Shown: piece by piece, positions 53,100 through 63,794 of the stretch | Layout of the letters: every line of letters begins with the position of its first letter | Numbering within the stretch: the first letter of the stretch is position 1 | Source: Candidatus Latescibacterota bacterium | Lineage (GTDB): Bacteria > Latescibacterota > UBA2968 > GCA-2709665 | NCBI GenBank assembly: GCA_965203805.1 | Contig: OZ241917.1 | Coordinates: 3,296,001 to 3,360,000, forward strand | Direction of reading: 5' to 3' | DNA length: 64,000 nucleotides | Made by a program: the position numbers and the translations under genes | Notes under the pieces: model-generated | The model's input: only the letters and a program-made list of their open reading frames with translations | Database searches by the model: none | Told to the model about the DNA's origin: nothing

Positions 53100-54168
53100 G
53101 CAGCGTTCAGCAGTCAGCGATCAGCAGTCAGCCAAGATCGAAGACGAAAACCAGCTCACACAAAGACACGAAGACACAAAGAAAACCAAACCAGCAGTCA
53201 GCGGAAAGCGAACCACCCCCAGCCCCGCAGACCTCTCCCCCCTGCCTGCCGAAAAACCACCGCCAGGCAGGGACCCTCTCCTATAAGGAAAGGGTAACGA
53301 ACGCCACGCGATAGGATCCCGCTTAACCCCTTTCTTATAGGAAGGGGGTAGGTCTCGAAAAGGGTAGACGTGAGATGAATGCCCTATGGTCTTTCTCGTC
53401 GTTACCATAGTCGGTAAAGAAACAGGCACGGTTAGCGTGAAAACACTGTGGTAACGTTTTCATCTACCGTCTACCCTCTACCGTCTCACCGCCTTCAGGT
53501 TTTCATTCTTAATTCTTCATTCTTCATTTTTTACAGTTCCCTGCCTACGGCGTGTTCCTTTTGAAGCGACCAAAAGGAACCAAAAGTCGCCACTGGGCGT
53601 GGGGCCTGCTACAGGCACAGCGCGAACACGCTTACTGGATGCACAGGATCCGCTGCCCTGACGCCTTCGGAGGAACATCGATCCGCGTTGCCGGACGGAT
53701 CAGCGCGCTCTGCTCTGGTCGTCCTCCGGTCTGGAAATGCCTTTGTAGACCTATCGGCGTATGAATGATGAGGACAGCTGTTAACCATCAGCCCACAGTT
53801 GACCGCTTGAAGCAAAGAGCGAACCACCCCCAGCCCCGCAGACCTCTCCCCCCTGCCTGCCGAAAAACCACCGCCAGGCAGGGACCCTCTCCTATAAGGA
53901 AAGGGTAACGAACGCCACGCGATAGGATCCCGCTTAACCCCTTTCTTATAGGAAGGGGGTAGGTCTCGAAAAGGGTAGACGTGAGATGAATGCCCTATGG
54001 TGTTTCTTGTCGTTACCATATCGGTAAAGAAACAGGCACGGTTAGCGTGAAAACACTGTGGTAACGTTTTCATCTACCGTCTACCCTCTACCGTCTCACC
54101 GCCTTCAGGTTTTCATTCTTAATTCTTCATTCTTAATTCTTCATTTTTCCTTCTCCCGTCTACCCGCT
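53100..54168 (-). repeat. Two F-C-E cassette copies flanking a unique structured segment
   Basis: About 53210-53530 repeated at about 53820-54140. Confidence 0.93.
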
Positions 54169-54169
54169 T

Positions 54170-54727
54170 TTATGAATTATACCGATTCATCGCCTCGTCG
54201 ATGCCGGATTCCATCCAGCATGCCGCCCCGCGGGCGGCCGCGCGGACCGCCGCCTCGACGGTGTCGCGCTCATCGTCTTCGAACGGGTTCAGGACGTGCT
54301 CGATCCGGTCCGCGCCTTCCGGCGGCGCGCCGATGCCGACTCGCAGCCGCGGAAACGCGCCGGACCCCACGCAATCGATGACCGACGCCAGCCCGTTATG
54401 CCCGCCGTGGCTGCCGCCGCGCCGCAGCCGGATCCGGCCCAGGTCCAGGTGGACGTCGTCCACGACCACCAGGGCATCCTCGATGCCAACCTCGAAACCG
54501 TCCAGGACCTGCGCCACCGCAACGCCGCTGCGATTTATGTACGTGGCCGGCTTCACCAGCAGCAGCGGCCGGTCGCCCTTCCCAATCCGGCAAAAAAAAT
54601 ACCAGGCGCTTTCCGACCACGTCCCCTTAAACCTTGACGCCAGCAGGTCCACCACCCGATAGCCCAGGTTGTGGCGGGTATGAGCGTATTCGGAACCCGG
54701 GTTGCCCAGACCCACGACAACCTTCAC
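54170..54727 (-). CDS. pth: Peptidyl-tRNA hydrolase
   Basis: VGLGNPG.EY..TRHN.G, KP.TY.N.SG, GGHNGL, RLRVGIG. Confidence 0.96.
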   Translation of the reverse strand: MKVVVGLGNPGSEYAHTRHNLGYRVVDLLASRFKGTWSESAWYFFCRIGKGDRPLLLVKPATYINRSGVAVAQVLDGFEVGIEDALVVVDDVHLDLGRIRLRRGGSHGGHNGLASVIDCVGSGAFPRLRVGIGAPPEGADRIEHVLNPFEDDERDTVEAAVRAAARGAACWMESGIDEAMNRYNS

Positions 54728-54741
54728 GAGAACCCCCAAAA

Positions 54742-55395
54742 GGCAGCTATCAGCAGTCAGCAGTCAGCAAAGATCAAAGACGAAAACCAACTCACACAAA
54801 GACACGAAGACGCAAAGAAAAGCAAACCAGCAATCAGCTCTCAGCAGTCAGCCAAGATCAAAGACGAAAATCGGCTCAAACAAAGACACGAAGACGCAAA
54901 GAAAAAAGACAGCAATCAGCCGAGAGCGAACCACCCCCAGCCCCGCAGACCTCTCCCCCCTGCCTGCCGAAAAACCACCGCCAGGCAGGGACCCTCTCCT
55001 GTGAGGAGAGGGGAGGAAAAGCAGGCATCGCGTGCCGGTCATCTATAGATACACTGATAGACAGGAAATCGCCAGCCCGGCACATTTGCATGCCCGGTCC
55101 ATCGACCCATCGCCGTTCCCCCTTCCTCACAGGAAGGGGGTTAGGGGGTAGGTCGGTAGGGGTGTGGGGGTTCACGGAAAAAAACAAATTAGAGATGTGA
55201 AGTTTGGGACCGCCCGGAACGCAGTTCCAACGGGTGTCTGTCCGCCGCCAGGCGACCTGTAAGGATGCTATGGGCAAAATACAGGAGGACCATCCCGTTT
55301 TCATTCTTAATTCTTCATTTTTCCTTCTTCCTTCCTCCCTCTCCCCTCTCACCGCATTCAGGTTTTCATTCTTAATTCTTAATTCTTAATTTTTC
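54742..55395 (-). repeat. Mosaic repeat cassette between rplY and pth
   Basis: Partial A, B, C, F modules. Confidence 0.93.
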
Positions 55396-55396
55396 C

Positions 55397-56083
55397 TTAC
55401 TCTTCATCGTCCTCGTCTTCATCCTTCTTGCCGCGTTCGATGACCTCGGGTTCCTGCATCTCTTCCTCTTCCTCGAGCACCTCTTCCTCTTCCTCCTCCA
55501 CCTGCGCGATTGACGGCGGAACCACCACGAACACGGACCGGTCGCTTTCGGTAACGATCTCCACGTTGCCGGACACGCTCAGATCGGAGACGTGCACCGA
55601 ATCCCCGATATTCAGATGGTTCACGTCGAACCCGATGCTTTCCGGGATCTCGGCGGGCAGGGACGACACCTCCACCTGGTGCAGCAGCTGCTCCAGAATG
55701 CCGCCCTCGGTGCGCACGCCGGCCGGAATGCCTTCGGCCTCGACCCGGACGTCCACGACGATTTTCTGGGTGAGCGAGATCCTGTAGAAGTCCGCGTGGA
55801 GGAGATGACCGCCAACGGGGTGGTGCTGCAGCTCCTTGACGATGGCGGTGTCTTCGGATTGCTCCTCGCCGTTGCCCACAACCAGGGACAGAAGCGTATT
55901 CCGACCGTGCTCGTGCAGGACCGTTGACAACGCCTTCGAATCGACCGAACAGGCGACGGGCGCGCCCCGGTCGCCATAGACGACGGCCGGTATCCTCCCG
56001 GTACGCCGGATGCGTTTGGCCTCGCCCTTTCCGGTTCCGGAGCGTACATCGGCCTGTAAGGTTACGCCATTATTGTCAGCCAT
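55397..56083 (-). CDS. rplY: 50S ribosomal protein L25 / Ctc
   Basis: GK..AKRIRR.GRIPAVVYG, HADF, GGIL, IGDSVHV; acidic tail. Confidence 0.96.
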   Translation of the reverse strand: MADNNGVTLQADVRSGTGKGEAKRIRRTGRIPAVVYGDRGAPVACSVDSKALSTVLHEHGRNTLLSLVVGNGEEQSEDTAIVKELQHHPVGGHLLHADFYRISLTQKIVVDVRVEAEGIPAGVRTEGGILEQLLHQVEVSSLPAEIPESIGFDVNHLNIGDSVHVSDLSVSGNVEIVTESDRSVFVVVPPSIAQVEEEEEEVLEEEEEMQEPEVIERGKKDEDEDDEE

Positions 56084-56124
56084 TGGCCGGTCCTCCACGT
56101 CGGTTTACCAACACTGCGTTTACA

Positions 56125-56195
56125 CTGCCGGGCAGGGATTCGAACCCCGATAAACGGCTCCAAAGGCCGCTGTCTTACCCTTAGACGACCCGGCA
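56125..56195 (-). tRNA. tRNA-Gln (UUG), CCA not encoded
   Basis: TGCCGGGTCGTCTAAGGGTAAGACAGCGGCCTTTGGAGCCGTTTATCGGGGTTCGAATCCCTGCCCGGCAG folds as a cloverleaf. Confidence 0.96.
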
Positions 56196-56323
56196 TCAAT
56201 AACCGGAACCCGGATGCTGCGTGCGATCAATCCGCGAGCCATCGTTGAGGCGGCAATCGACCGGGGTCGTACGTTGCGTGACTCTATTATAATGTATAAG
56301 GTACCGCGAACGGTCCGATCCGG

Positions 56324-57196
56324 TTACGGGTCGCGCGGCCGGCGCCGGCAGAGATAGACCCGACGCCCACGGCCCTGCGCCAGGGCAACCGCGGCCGAAG
56401 CTTGCCGGGCCTCGCGAAAAACGCCGAAGAGCGTGGATCCGCTGCCCGAAACCGAACAGGCAACCGCGCCCCGGGCGGCCAGCGCCTCAAGGATCCGCGC
56501 CACGTCGCCGCTGACGGCTTCCACGAGGGGCAGAAAGTCGTTTTCCAGACAGGCGAACAATCGGCCCGCGCAGATCCGGCCGGATTTTTCCGCAAAGTCC
56601 AGAAATGTACCATACGCCGCCGCTTCTGTCAAGCCAATTCTCACGTTTCGATAGGCCCATGCGGTGGACACGGGGAACCCCGGATACACCAGTACATACC
56701 AGAAATCGCCCTCCCAATCCACCGGTCGGATCCGCTCTCCGCGCCCCGTCGCCACGGCCGTGCCGCCAGTGAGGAAGAACGGGACGTCGGACCCGAGTTC
56801 CGCCGCGAGCGCGGCCAGTCGCTCCGGCCCCAGGCGCGTTCCCCACAGCCGGTCCAGCGTGCGCAGGGCCGCGGCCGCGTTGGAGCTCCCGCCGCCCAGG
56901 CCCGCGCCCGTGGGAATGCGTTTGACGAGGTCCACGCGTATCCCGTGGCGCGCGCCCGTGGCGCGGCGCAGGATTTCCACGGCGCGGTACACGAGGTTGT
57001 CCGGCCCCTCGGGCACGTCCGGACGGTCGGCGCAAACGAGGGTCTCTCCGGTCGCGGCGGGCGTAAACACCAGCCGGTCGCAGAGGTCCACCGTCTGTAG
57101 CACGGAGGCGATATCGTGATAGCCGTCCGGGCGGCGGCGCAGGATTTTCAGGCCCAGATTCAGCTTTGCGGGCGCGATCTCAACAGTGCGGTACAA
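56324..57196 (-). CDS. ispE: 4-diphosphocytidyl-2-C-methyl-D-erythritol kinase
   Basis: APAKLNLGL..RR.DGYH, KRIP.GAGLGGGSSNAA, GSDVPFF, SGSGST. Confidence 0.96.
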   Translation of the reverse strand: MYRTVEIAPAKLNLGLKILRRRPDGYHDIASVLQTVDLCDRLVFTPAATGETLVCADRPDVPEGPDNLVYRAVEILRRATGARHGIRVDLVKRIPTGAGLGGGSSNAAAALRTLDRLWGTRLGPERLAALAAELGSDVPFFLTGGTAVATGRGERIRPVDWEGDFWYVLVYPGFPVSTAWAYRNVRIGLTEAAAYGTFLDFAEKSGRICAGRLFACLENDFLPLVEAVSGDVARILEALAARGAVACSVSGSGSTLFGVFREARQASAAVALAQGRGRRVYLCRRRPRDP

Positions 57197-57225
57197 TGGG
57201 AAAAACCCTTATCGTGGCAGGAGCC

Positions 57226-58180
57226 TTCAGCTTTCAGCAATCAGCAATCAGCAGTCAGCTTCAGTCAAGAGCGAGAATCAAAAACAAAAATCAAATTCAA
57301 CATCCACATCTCCCCAAATTCCCTGCCGTCGAAAAGCAGCTTTCAGCAGTCAGCCAGGAGCGAACCACCCCCAACCCCGCAGACCTCTCCCCCCTGCCTG
57401 CCGAAAAACCACCGCCAGGCAGGGACCCTCTCCTGTGAGGAGAGGGTAACGAACGCCTCGCGATAGGATCCCGCTTTCCCCCTTCCTTATATAGGAAGGG
57501 GGTAGGTGTCGAAAAGGGGAGACGTGAGATGAATGCCCTATGGTCTTTCTTGTCGTTACCATATCGGTAAAGAAACAGGCACAGTTAGCGTGAAAACACT
57601 GTGGTAACGTTTTCATCTACCGTCTACCGTCTTACGTCTCACCGAATTTACGCGTGCCGGTCATCTATAGATACTTCTGATTGACAGGTAATCGCCAGCC
57701 GGCACGGTTGTATGCCCAGTACATCCTCCCATCGCCGTTCCCCCTTCCTCACAGGAAGGGGGTTAGGGGGTAGGTTGCCGGTGAGGAAAGGGGAGCAAAA
57801 TGCAGCAGTCAGCCAGGAGCGAACCACCCCCAACCCCGCAGACCTCTCCCCCCTGCCTGCCGAAAAACCACCGCCAGGCAGGGACCCTCTCCTGTGAGGA
57901 AAGGGTAACGAACGCCTCGCGATAGGATCCCGCTTTCCCCCTTCCTCACAGGAAGGGGGTTAGGGGGTAGGTCTGAAAGGCGGGGAGACGGGAGATATTG
58001 TGTGCCCTGTACGGTTTCATCTCTTGCCGCAGGCATAAAGTAAGATCGAATCAGGCAAGGACTTCATCTAACGTCTCCCCTCTCCCGTCTCACCGCCTTC
58101 ATCTAACGTCTACCCTCTTACGTCTCACCGCTTTCAGGTTTTCATTCTTAATTCTTCATTCTTCATTCTTAATTCTTCCG
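57226..58180 (-). repeat. Mosaic repeat cassette upstream of ispE
   Basis: Modules C, B, E, F. Confidence 0.93.
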
Positions 58181-58193
58181 CTATCTGGCGCTC

Positions 58194-58221
58194 ATGATAC
58201 GCCTCATTAAGGTTCTGTCAA
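58194..58221 (-). promoter_or_regulatory. Candidate sigma70 promoter for the ispE operon
   Basis: TTGACA-16 nt-TATCAT. Confidence 0.55.
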
Positions 58222-58380
58222 GCGTCAATCGGCCGCGGGAGGGCGGCGGCGCAAGGGGTATGGAGGGTCGGCGTCTGCCAAAATTGCAGGCCGTCGAACC
58301 CCCGGCCCTCTGTCCGATATTGCCGCGCGCCGTCCCTGATTCGAGGCCCTCGCATAACGGGAAAAAATCCAAGTTAGGGA

Positions 58381-58409
58381 TTGACGCCCCCGCGCAAATG
58401 TGATAAATT
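58381..58409 (+). promoter_or_regulatory. Candidate sigma70 promoter for the TPR gene
   Basis: TTGACG-17 nt-TAAATT with extended -10 TG. Confidence 0.5.
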
Positions 58410-58458
58410 GAAATGCAGTGCCGCACAGTGGCATTTACACCCATAACCCCCATAAAAT

Positions 58459-61400
58459 ATGCAACTTTCCCGCATTTTTTCCCCAACGGCTTCATGGCCG
58501 CGATTGCTCCCCGGCGCGGTCGCCGGGCTATGTATTCTGCTGGCCTGGCCGGCGCCCGCCGCGGGGCAGGCCGCCGAGGGTGAGAGCGAAAGCGTCGAGC
58601 TCGCGCAACGGCTCTTCGACAACCGGGATTATGCCAATGCGGCGCACGAGTTCCGGCGCTTTATCGCCTCCTACCCCACGAGCGCGCGGCTTCCCTCGGC
58701 GCTCTATCAACTCGGCGAGGCCCTGTTTCTGGACGAACAGTACAGCGAATCCGTCGATGCGTACGACGACTTCCTCGTGCGCTATCCCGGTCGCCTGGAA
58801 GCGGACCCGGCCCTGCGGCGAAAGGCGGAAGCCCTGGAGCGCCTCTCCGAACACGCGAGGGCCGGAGCGGCCTTCCGGGAAGCGCACGACCGGTTCCCCG
58901 CCGGCAAGCACGCCGCCGGAAACCTCCTCGCGGCGGGGATCAATTTCCACAAGGGAAAGGACCCGGACGCCGCCGGGAAAGCGTTCGGCGCGCTGGCGGA
59001 GAATTTCCCGCAATCCAGACTCGCCGCGGAAGGCAGCTACCGGTGGGGGCTCGTACTCCTGGACGCCGGACGCCCGGAAGAGGCGCTGGACAGGTTCAGA
59101 ACCATATCGGATCCTGGAATGGATTCCAAATGGACGCCGGACGCCCTGCTCGAAATCGGCAAGACCGCCCTCGGCCTGAAGGACGTGCAGGAGGCGGAGG
59201 CGGCTTTCGGCACGCTGCGCAGGGCCTATCCCGGGCATGCCGCGGCCGGCGCCTCCTACCTGGAACTGGCCGCCTGGTATGAAGGCCGGGGGAACTGGCC
59301 GAAGGCCGCTGAAATCTACGGCCTCGCCCGGGCCAATCTCCCGCAGGGCGAGGGTCGCCGGGAGGCGGTACTGGGCCTTGCCAACGCCTGGCTCGAACTG
59401 GGACGCACAGCCGAAGCGCTCGCGCTTTTCACCGAATTCATCAACGTCTATGCCGCCAGCCCTCACCTGGACCGCGCCTGGCTGGGCCTGGGGCGCGCCC
59501 ACGCCGATCTGAAACAATACCGCGAAGCCCAGAACGCGTTCCGCCGCCTCCGGGAACTCTTTCCGGAATCGGAGGCCGGCATCCGGGCGCACGGGGAGAT
59601 GGGCGACGCCTGGCGGGCCGCGGGCGCGCCGCGCAGGGCATTGAGGGCATACCGGGCCTACGCCGGGCGGGCGGAAGCGCCCGGCGCTATCGAATCGGCC
59701 CGGCTGCGGATCGCGCGCACGTACGAACTGGACCTCGGGTGGCGCGATCTGGCGCTGGCGGTCTACCGGGACCTGGCGGAATCGGCCGGGGCCGCCGTTG
59801 CCGGCGAGGCGCAGTTCGGCATCGCCCGGATTCTGGATCGAACCGGTCGGGCGGACCGGGCCATTCGTGAATACAGGGCCTACCTGCAGAAATACGACAG
59901 CCGCGCCGCCGAGGCGGAAAACCGCATCCGCTACCTTCGGGAGTTCGGCCGCGAGGCCCCGGGCGTGCCGCCGGCGGACCTGGCCGCGCTGCTCTCGAGT
60001 TTCCCGGCAATCGCAGACGACCCGCAGGCCCGGTTCGTACTCGGAAAGTTCCTTCACGGCCGGCGGCAATACGCTCAGGCGGCCGAAACACTCGCCGCGG
60101 CGCTGTCCGGGGAACCCCCGCCGCCGTTTGCCGCCGAGGCCGCCTGGCTACTGGGCCGGAGCGCCCTGAAGGCGGCGAGGAAAGCGGAACTGGACGGCAG
60201 GACGGAACCGGCATCGTCCTGGCGCGAGAGGGGCCTGGCGGCGCTGGGCGAGGTCGAGGCCGGGCATCCCGAAAGCGAGTACGCGGACGACGCCGCCCTG
60301 TTGCGGATCGAAACGGAAACCCGCCTGCCTGCCGATGCAGGCGAGGCAGGGGTCCCGGCGCAGACCGGCGAAGCCGATACGGACACGGCGAGGGCGAGGC
60401 GGCGACTCGCGGCGTACGGCGAATTCATGAAGACCTACCCGGGATCCGACCGGCTGGACCGGGCGCTGCTGGGGATGGCCGACGCGATGCGCGCGCTCAG
60501 CCGGTTCGAACCCGCGTGGATCGACACCGCCCTGACAACCTACAGGGAAATCAGCGACACGTATCCGAAAAGCCCGGCGGCGGAACGGGCGACCTACGGC
60601 ATCGGACTGTGCCAGGCCCTGAAGAAAGACCACGCGGCCGCCGAGGAAACGCTGCGGGACTTCCTCTTCGCGTATCCGCAAAGCGACCTGGAGAGCCACG
60701 CCAGGTACCAGCTCGGCCGCATCCTCCTGGAACGGGGGTTCCCGAGGAGCGCGGCGGACGACCTGGCCGAGCTTCTCGCGGGGCCGGCGTCGCTCGAACT
60801 GGCGCGGTCCGCGCGCAACCTGCTGGCCGAGAGCTACTTCAGGGCGGATAACTACCGGCGCGCCATTGAGATCGACACCGAACTGCTTTCTGCCGGGCCC
60901 GACGAGCCCGCGCTTCGACGGCTCGCGCGGTCCTACGAGGCGAACGGACAGGCGGCCGAAGCCGTCGAAACCTGCCAGACCCTGCTGAACGCGTATCCGA
61001 ACGCGGCCGGCGCCGACAGCTTCGCGTACGCCCGGGCGCGGCTTCTGGCGGACCTGGACCGGGAGTCCGAAGCGGTCGCGGCCTTCAAGGCGTTTCCCGG
61101 ACAATATCCCGAAAGCCCGCTGAAGGCCAACGCGGGCAGGGCCGTGTCAACCCTCCTGTTCGAAGCCGGAGAATACCGGAACGCGCTCGCGGCCATTGCG
61201 CACATCCCCGCGGACGCGAGGGACGCGCCGGTTGCCGGGAGCGAAGTCCTCAGCCTGTTCCGGCTGAAACGCGTGCAGGAGGCGAAGAAAGCCGCGGGCA
61301 GGTTCAAGAAAACCTATCCGGACAGCCGGGAGTGGCTCGGCAGGTTCAGGAACGAGGAGGGCCTGTATTATCTGAACGCCGGCAACTTCAAGAAAGCCCG

Positions 61401-62196
61401 TCAGATTTTCGAAGACGTGGTGAGGAACCATCCCGGCGGAGAAACCGCGGCCGAAGCCGCCTGGTATCGCGTCAGGACACTGAAGAGAGAGGGCCCGGAG
61501 GAAGCCTACCGGGAAGCGCTCGCGGGCTTCGTGAAGACCCGTTCAGGCAGCAGCCCCTGGTCCGCGGCGGCCCTGGAGCTGGCCGATATCCTCTACGACG
61601 GCGGGGACTTTGAACGGGCGTCCAGGGCCTACCGGAACGTGCTCGAGGCCGGCCCGTCGCCCGAAGAAACGCCGAAGGTGCTGTCCAGGCTGATGAAGGT
61701 CCACAGACGCCTGAAGCTGCTGGATACGGCGATCGCCTACGCCAACCGGCTCGTGCGGGAATTTCCCGGGCACCCCCTCGCGTCGGACGTCCGCATCGAT
61801 ATTGGAACCATGCTGCACGACAACAAGCAGTACCGGCTGGCAATCGCCCGGCTGACGCCCTTGCTGAAAAACGCCGAGGGGAACGACTGGTCGACCATCC
61901 AGTATTGGCTCGCAAAGAGCCACTTCGGACTCCGGGACTACGAGAGCGCGAAACGGGAATACCTGAAACTGCAATACCAGTTTCAGGGCGCACCGCAATG
62001 GGTGGCCAGCGCGCAGGACGGCCTCGCCAACTGCTACGAAGCCCAGGGGAACTTCCAGGAGGCGATCCGGGAACTCGAGGCCATCCGGCGGCGGGAGGGG
62101 GCGACCAGCGACCTGGGCCTCCAGGCCGGAAAACGCATTGAAATGCTGAAGGCGCTGCTGAACAGCAGCGGGGAGTCCGCGCCGCGCGCGCCGTAG
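58459..62196 (+). CDS. Large exported tetratricopeptide-repeat protein
   Basis: Signal-like N-terminus; many A..Y...YP.S..A TPR units. Confidence 0.88.
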   Translation: MQLSRIFSPTASWPRLLPGAVAGLCILLAWPAPAAGQAAEGESESVELAQRLFDNRDYANAAHEFRRFIASYPTSARLPSALYQLGEALFLDEQYSESVDAYDDFLVRYPGRLEADPALRRKAEALERLSEHARAGAAFREAHDRFPAGKHAAGNLLAAGINFHKGKDPDAAGKAFGALAENFPQSRLAAEGSYRWGLVLLDAGRPEEALDRFRTISDPGMDSKWTPDALLEIGKTALGLKDVQEAEAAFGTLRRAYPGHAAAGASYLELAAWYEGRGNWPKAAEIYGLARANLPQGEGRREAVLGLANAWLELGRTAEALALFTEFINVYAASPHLDRAWLGLGRAHADLKQYREAQNAFRRLRELFPESEAGIRAHGEMGDAWRAAGAPRRALRAYRAYAGRAEAPGAIESARLRIARTYELDLGWRDLALAVYRDLAESAGAAVAGEAQFGIARILDRTGRADRAIREYRAYLQKYDSRAAEAENRIRYLREFGREAPGVPPADLAALLSSFPAIADDPQARFVLGKFLHGRRQYAQAAETLAAALSGEPPPPFAAEAAWLLGRSALKAARKAELDGRTEPASSWRERGLAALGEVEAGHPESEYADDAALLRIETETRLPADAGEAGVPAQTGEADTDTARARRRLAAYGEFMKTYPGSDRLDRALLGMADAMRALSRFEPAWIDTALTTYREISDTYPKSPAAERATYGIGLCQALKKDHAAAEETLRDFLFAYPQSDLESHARYQLGRILLERGFPRSAADDLAELLAGPASLELARSARNLLAESYFRADNYRRAIEIDTELLSAGPDEPALRRLARSYEANGQAAEAVETCQTLLNAYPNAAGADSFAYARARLLADLDRESEAVAAFKAFPGQYPESPLKANAGRAVSTLLFEAGEYRNALAAIAHIPADARDAPVAGSEVLSLFRLKRVQEAKKAAGRFKKTYPDSREWLGRFRNEEGLYYLNAGNFKKARQIFEDVVRNHPGGETAAEAAWYRVRTLKREGPEEAYREALAGFVKTRSGSSPWSAAALELADILYDGGDFERASRAYRNVLEAGPSPEETPKVLSRLMKVHRRLKLLDTAIAYANRLVREFPGHPLASDVRIDIGTMLHDNKQYRLAIARLTPLLKNAEGNDWSTIQYWLAKSHFGLRDYESAKREYLKLQYQFQGAPQWVASAQDGLANCYEAQGNFQEAIRELEAIRRREGATSDLGLQAGKRIEMLKALLNSSGESAPRAP

Positions 62197-62241
62197 TCCG
62201 CGCACGTCCGAACACGAATCCTGTTTGCCCGAACGACCGCC

Positions 62242-63789
62242 ATGGCCGAAACGTCAAAACAAAACGCGCTGATCGTCGCCGCCGACCCGGGGATGGGCCA
62301 GGCCCTGCGCGCCCAACTGGATACGCAGGGGTGGGATACCATTCTGACCAATAGCGTGGGGCCGGTTCCGAAACTGCTCAGGCGGGGCGACGTGGACCTG
62401 GTCCTCGTGGACGAGGAAAACCTGTCGCGCGCGGCCTCCGACCCGGAACGACCCCTGATCGCCGGCGCCGGCGGCGTTTCCCTGCTGGTCTTCCTGACGC
62501 CGGAGCGACGCCAGGACCGTACGCTGCTGCAGGGCCTGGAGCCGCGGGCTATCCTGGACCTTCCGATGGATGCGGCGCAGGTCGGACAGGCGCTGCAACT
62601 GGTGGGCGACCAGGCGAAGGCGACCGTGGACACGGACCTGCTGGGAGATTCCGAAGCCATCCGCCGGATCAGAGAGACCATCCGTCAGGTCGGTCCGGTT
62701 CCAGTCAGCGTACTGATTACCGGCGAAAGCGGTTCGGGGAAGAACATGGTGGTCCAGGCGCTGCACCGGCACAGCGCCCGTTCGAACGCGCGGCTCGTCA
62801 CCGTGAACTGCGGGGCCATTCCCGAGACGCTCCTGGAAAGCGAACTCTTCGGCCACGAGAAAGGCGCGTTCACGGATGCGCGGACCCGGCGGCAGGGTAT
62901 CTTCGAGGCCGCGGACGGGGGTACGGTCTTTCTGGATGAAATCGGTGAAATGACCCTCGCGGCCCAGGTCCGCCTGTTGCGGGTGCTGGATACCCGGGAG
63001 ATCACCCGCCTGGGCAGTACCGAATCCATCCGGGTGGACGTGCGGATCCTGGCCGCGACGAACCAGGACCTCCAGCAGGCCGTCGACCAGGGACGCTTCA
63101 GGAGCGATCTCTATCACCGCCTCAGGGTGGTTGAGCTGCGGGTGCCCCCGCTTCGAAGCCATCCGGATGACATCCCAGTGCTGGCGGACCACTTCATCGA
63201 GATCTGCCGGAAGGAACACGGCGTGCCGCCCATCGAACTGGATGCCAGGGCGATGGACATCCTGCTCAATTACCGCTGGCCCGGCAATATCCGCGAACTC
63301 CGGAACCTGATCGAACGGCTCATGGTCCTTTCGGTCAACCGCAGGATCGGTCCGGCCGATATCACCCGGCACCTCGAAGGCATGGACCCGTCGCAGGTGA
63401 CCGGCCGCGCCGCTTCAAACCTGCCCGTGCACGTGGCCAAGACCCCCGAAGAGTCCCAGCGGGACCTGCTTTACTGGGCCATCCTGGAAGTCGCGCGAGA
63501 CATCAAGGAACTCAAGGCCCACCTGATGGAGAACCCCGTCAACCTGCCCTCCCTGCCGGTCTATTCCCAGGGCGCCCCGCCGGATGCCGGCCGCGTCGAG
63601 GAAGTCGAATACACGGAAGCGGACGCGGGACCGCCGCGGGCCGACCCGATCAAGTCCCTCCGCGACGTGGAGCGCGACGCCATCGCCCGAGCGCTCCGGG
63701 CCACCGGGGGCCACCGCAAACGCGCGGCCGCCCTGCTGGACCTTCCCGAGCGCACGCTCTATCGCAAAATCCAGCAGTATGGGCTGTAG
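62242..63789 (+). CDS. Sigma54-dependent Fis-family activator with degenerate receiver domain
   Basis: GESGSGK, ESELFGHEKGAFTDA, FLDEIG, WPGNIREL, C-terminal HTH. Confidence 0.92.
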   Translation: MAETSKQNALIVAADPGMGQALRAQLDTQGWDTILTNSVGPVPKLLRRGDVDLVLVDEENLSRAASDPERPLIAGAGGVSLLVFLTPERRQDRTLLQGLEPRAILDLPMDAAQVGQALQLVGDQAKATVDTDLLGDSEAIRRIRETIRQVGPVPVSVLITGESGSGKNMVVQALHRHSARSNARLVTVNCGAIPETLLESELFGHEKGAFTDARTRRQGIFEAADGGTVFLDEIGEMTLAAQVRLLRVLDTREITRLGSTESIRVDVRILAATNQDLQQAVDQGRFRSDLYHRLRVVELRVPPLRSHPDDIPVLADHFIEICRKEHGVPPIELDARAMDILLNYRWPGNIRELRNLIERLMVLSVNRRIGPADITRHLEGMDPSQVTGRAASNLPVHVAKTPEESQRDLLYWAILEVARDIKELKAHLMENPVNLPSLPVYSQGAPPDAGRVEEVEYTEADAGPPRADPIKSLRDVERDAIARALRATGGHRKRAAALLDLPERTLYRKIQQYGL

Positions 63790-63794
63790 AAGAG

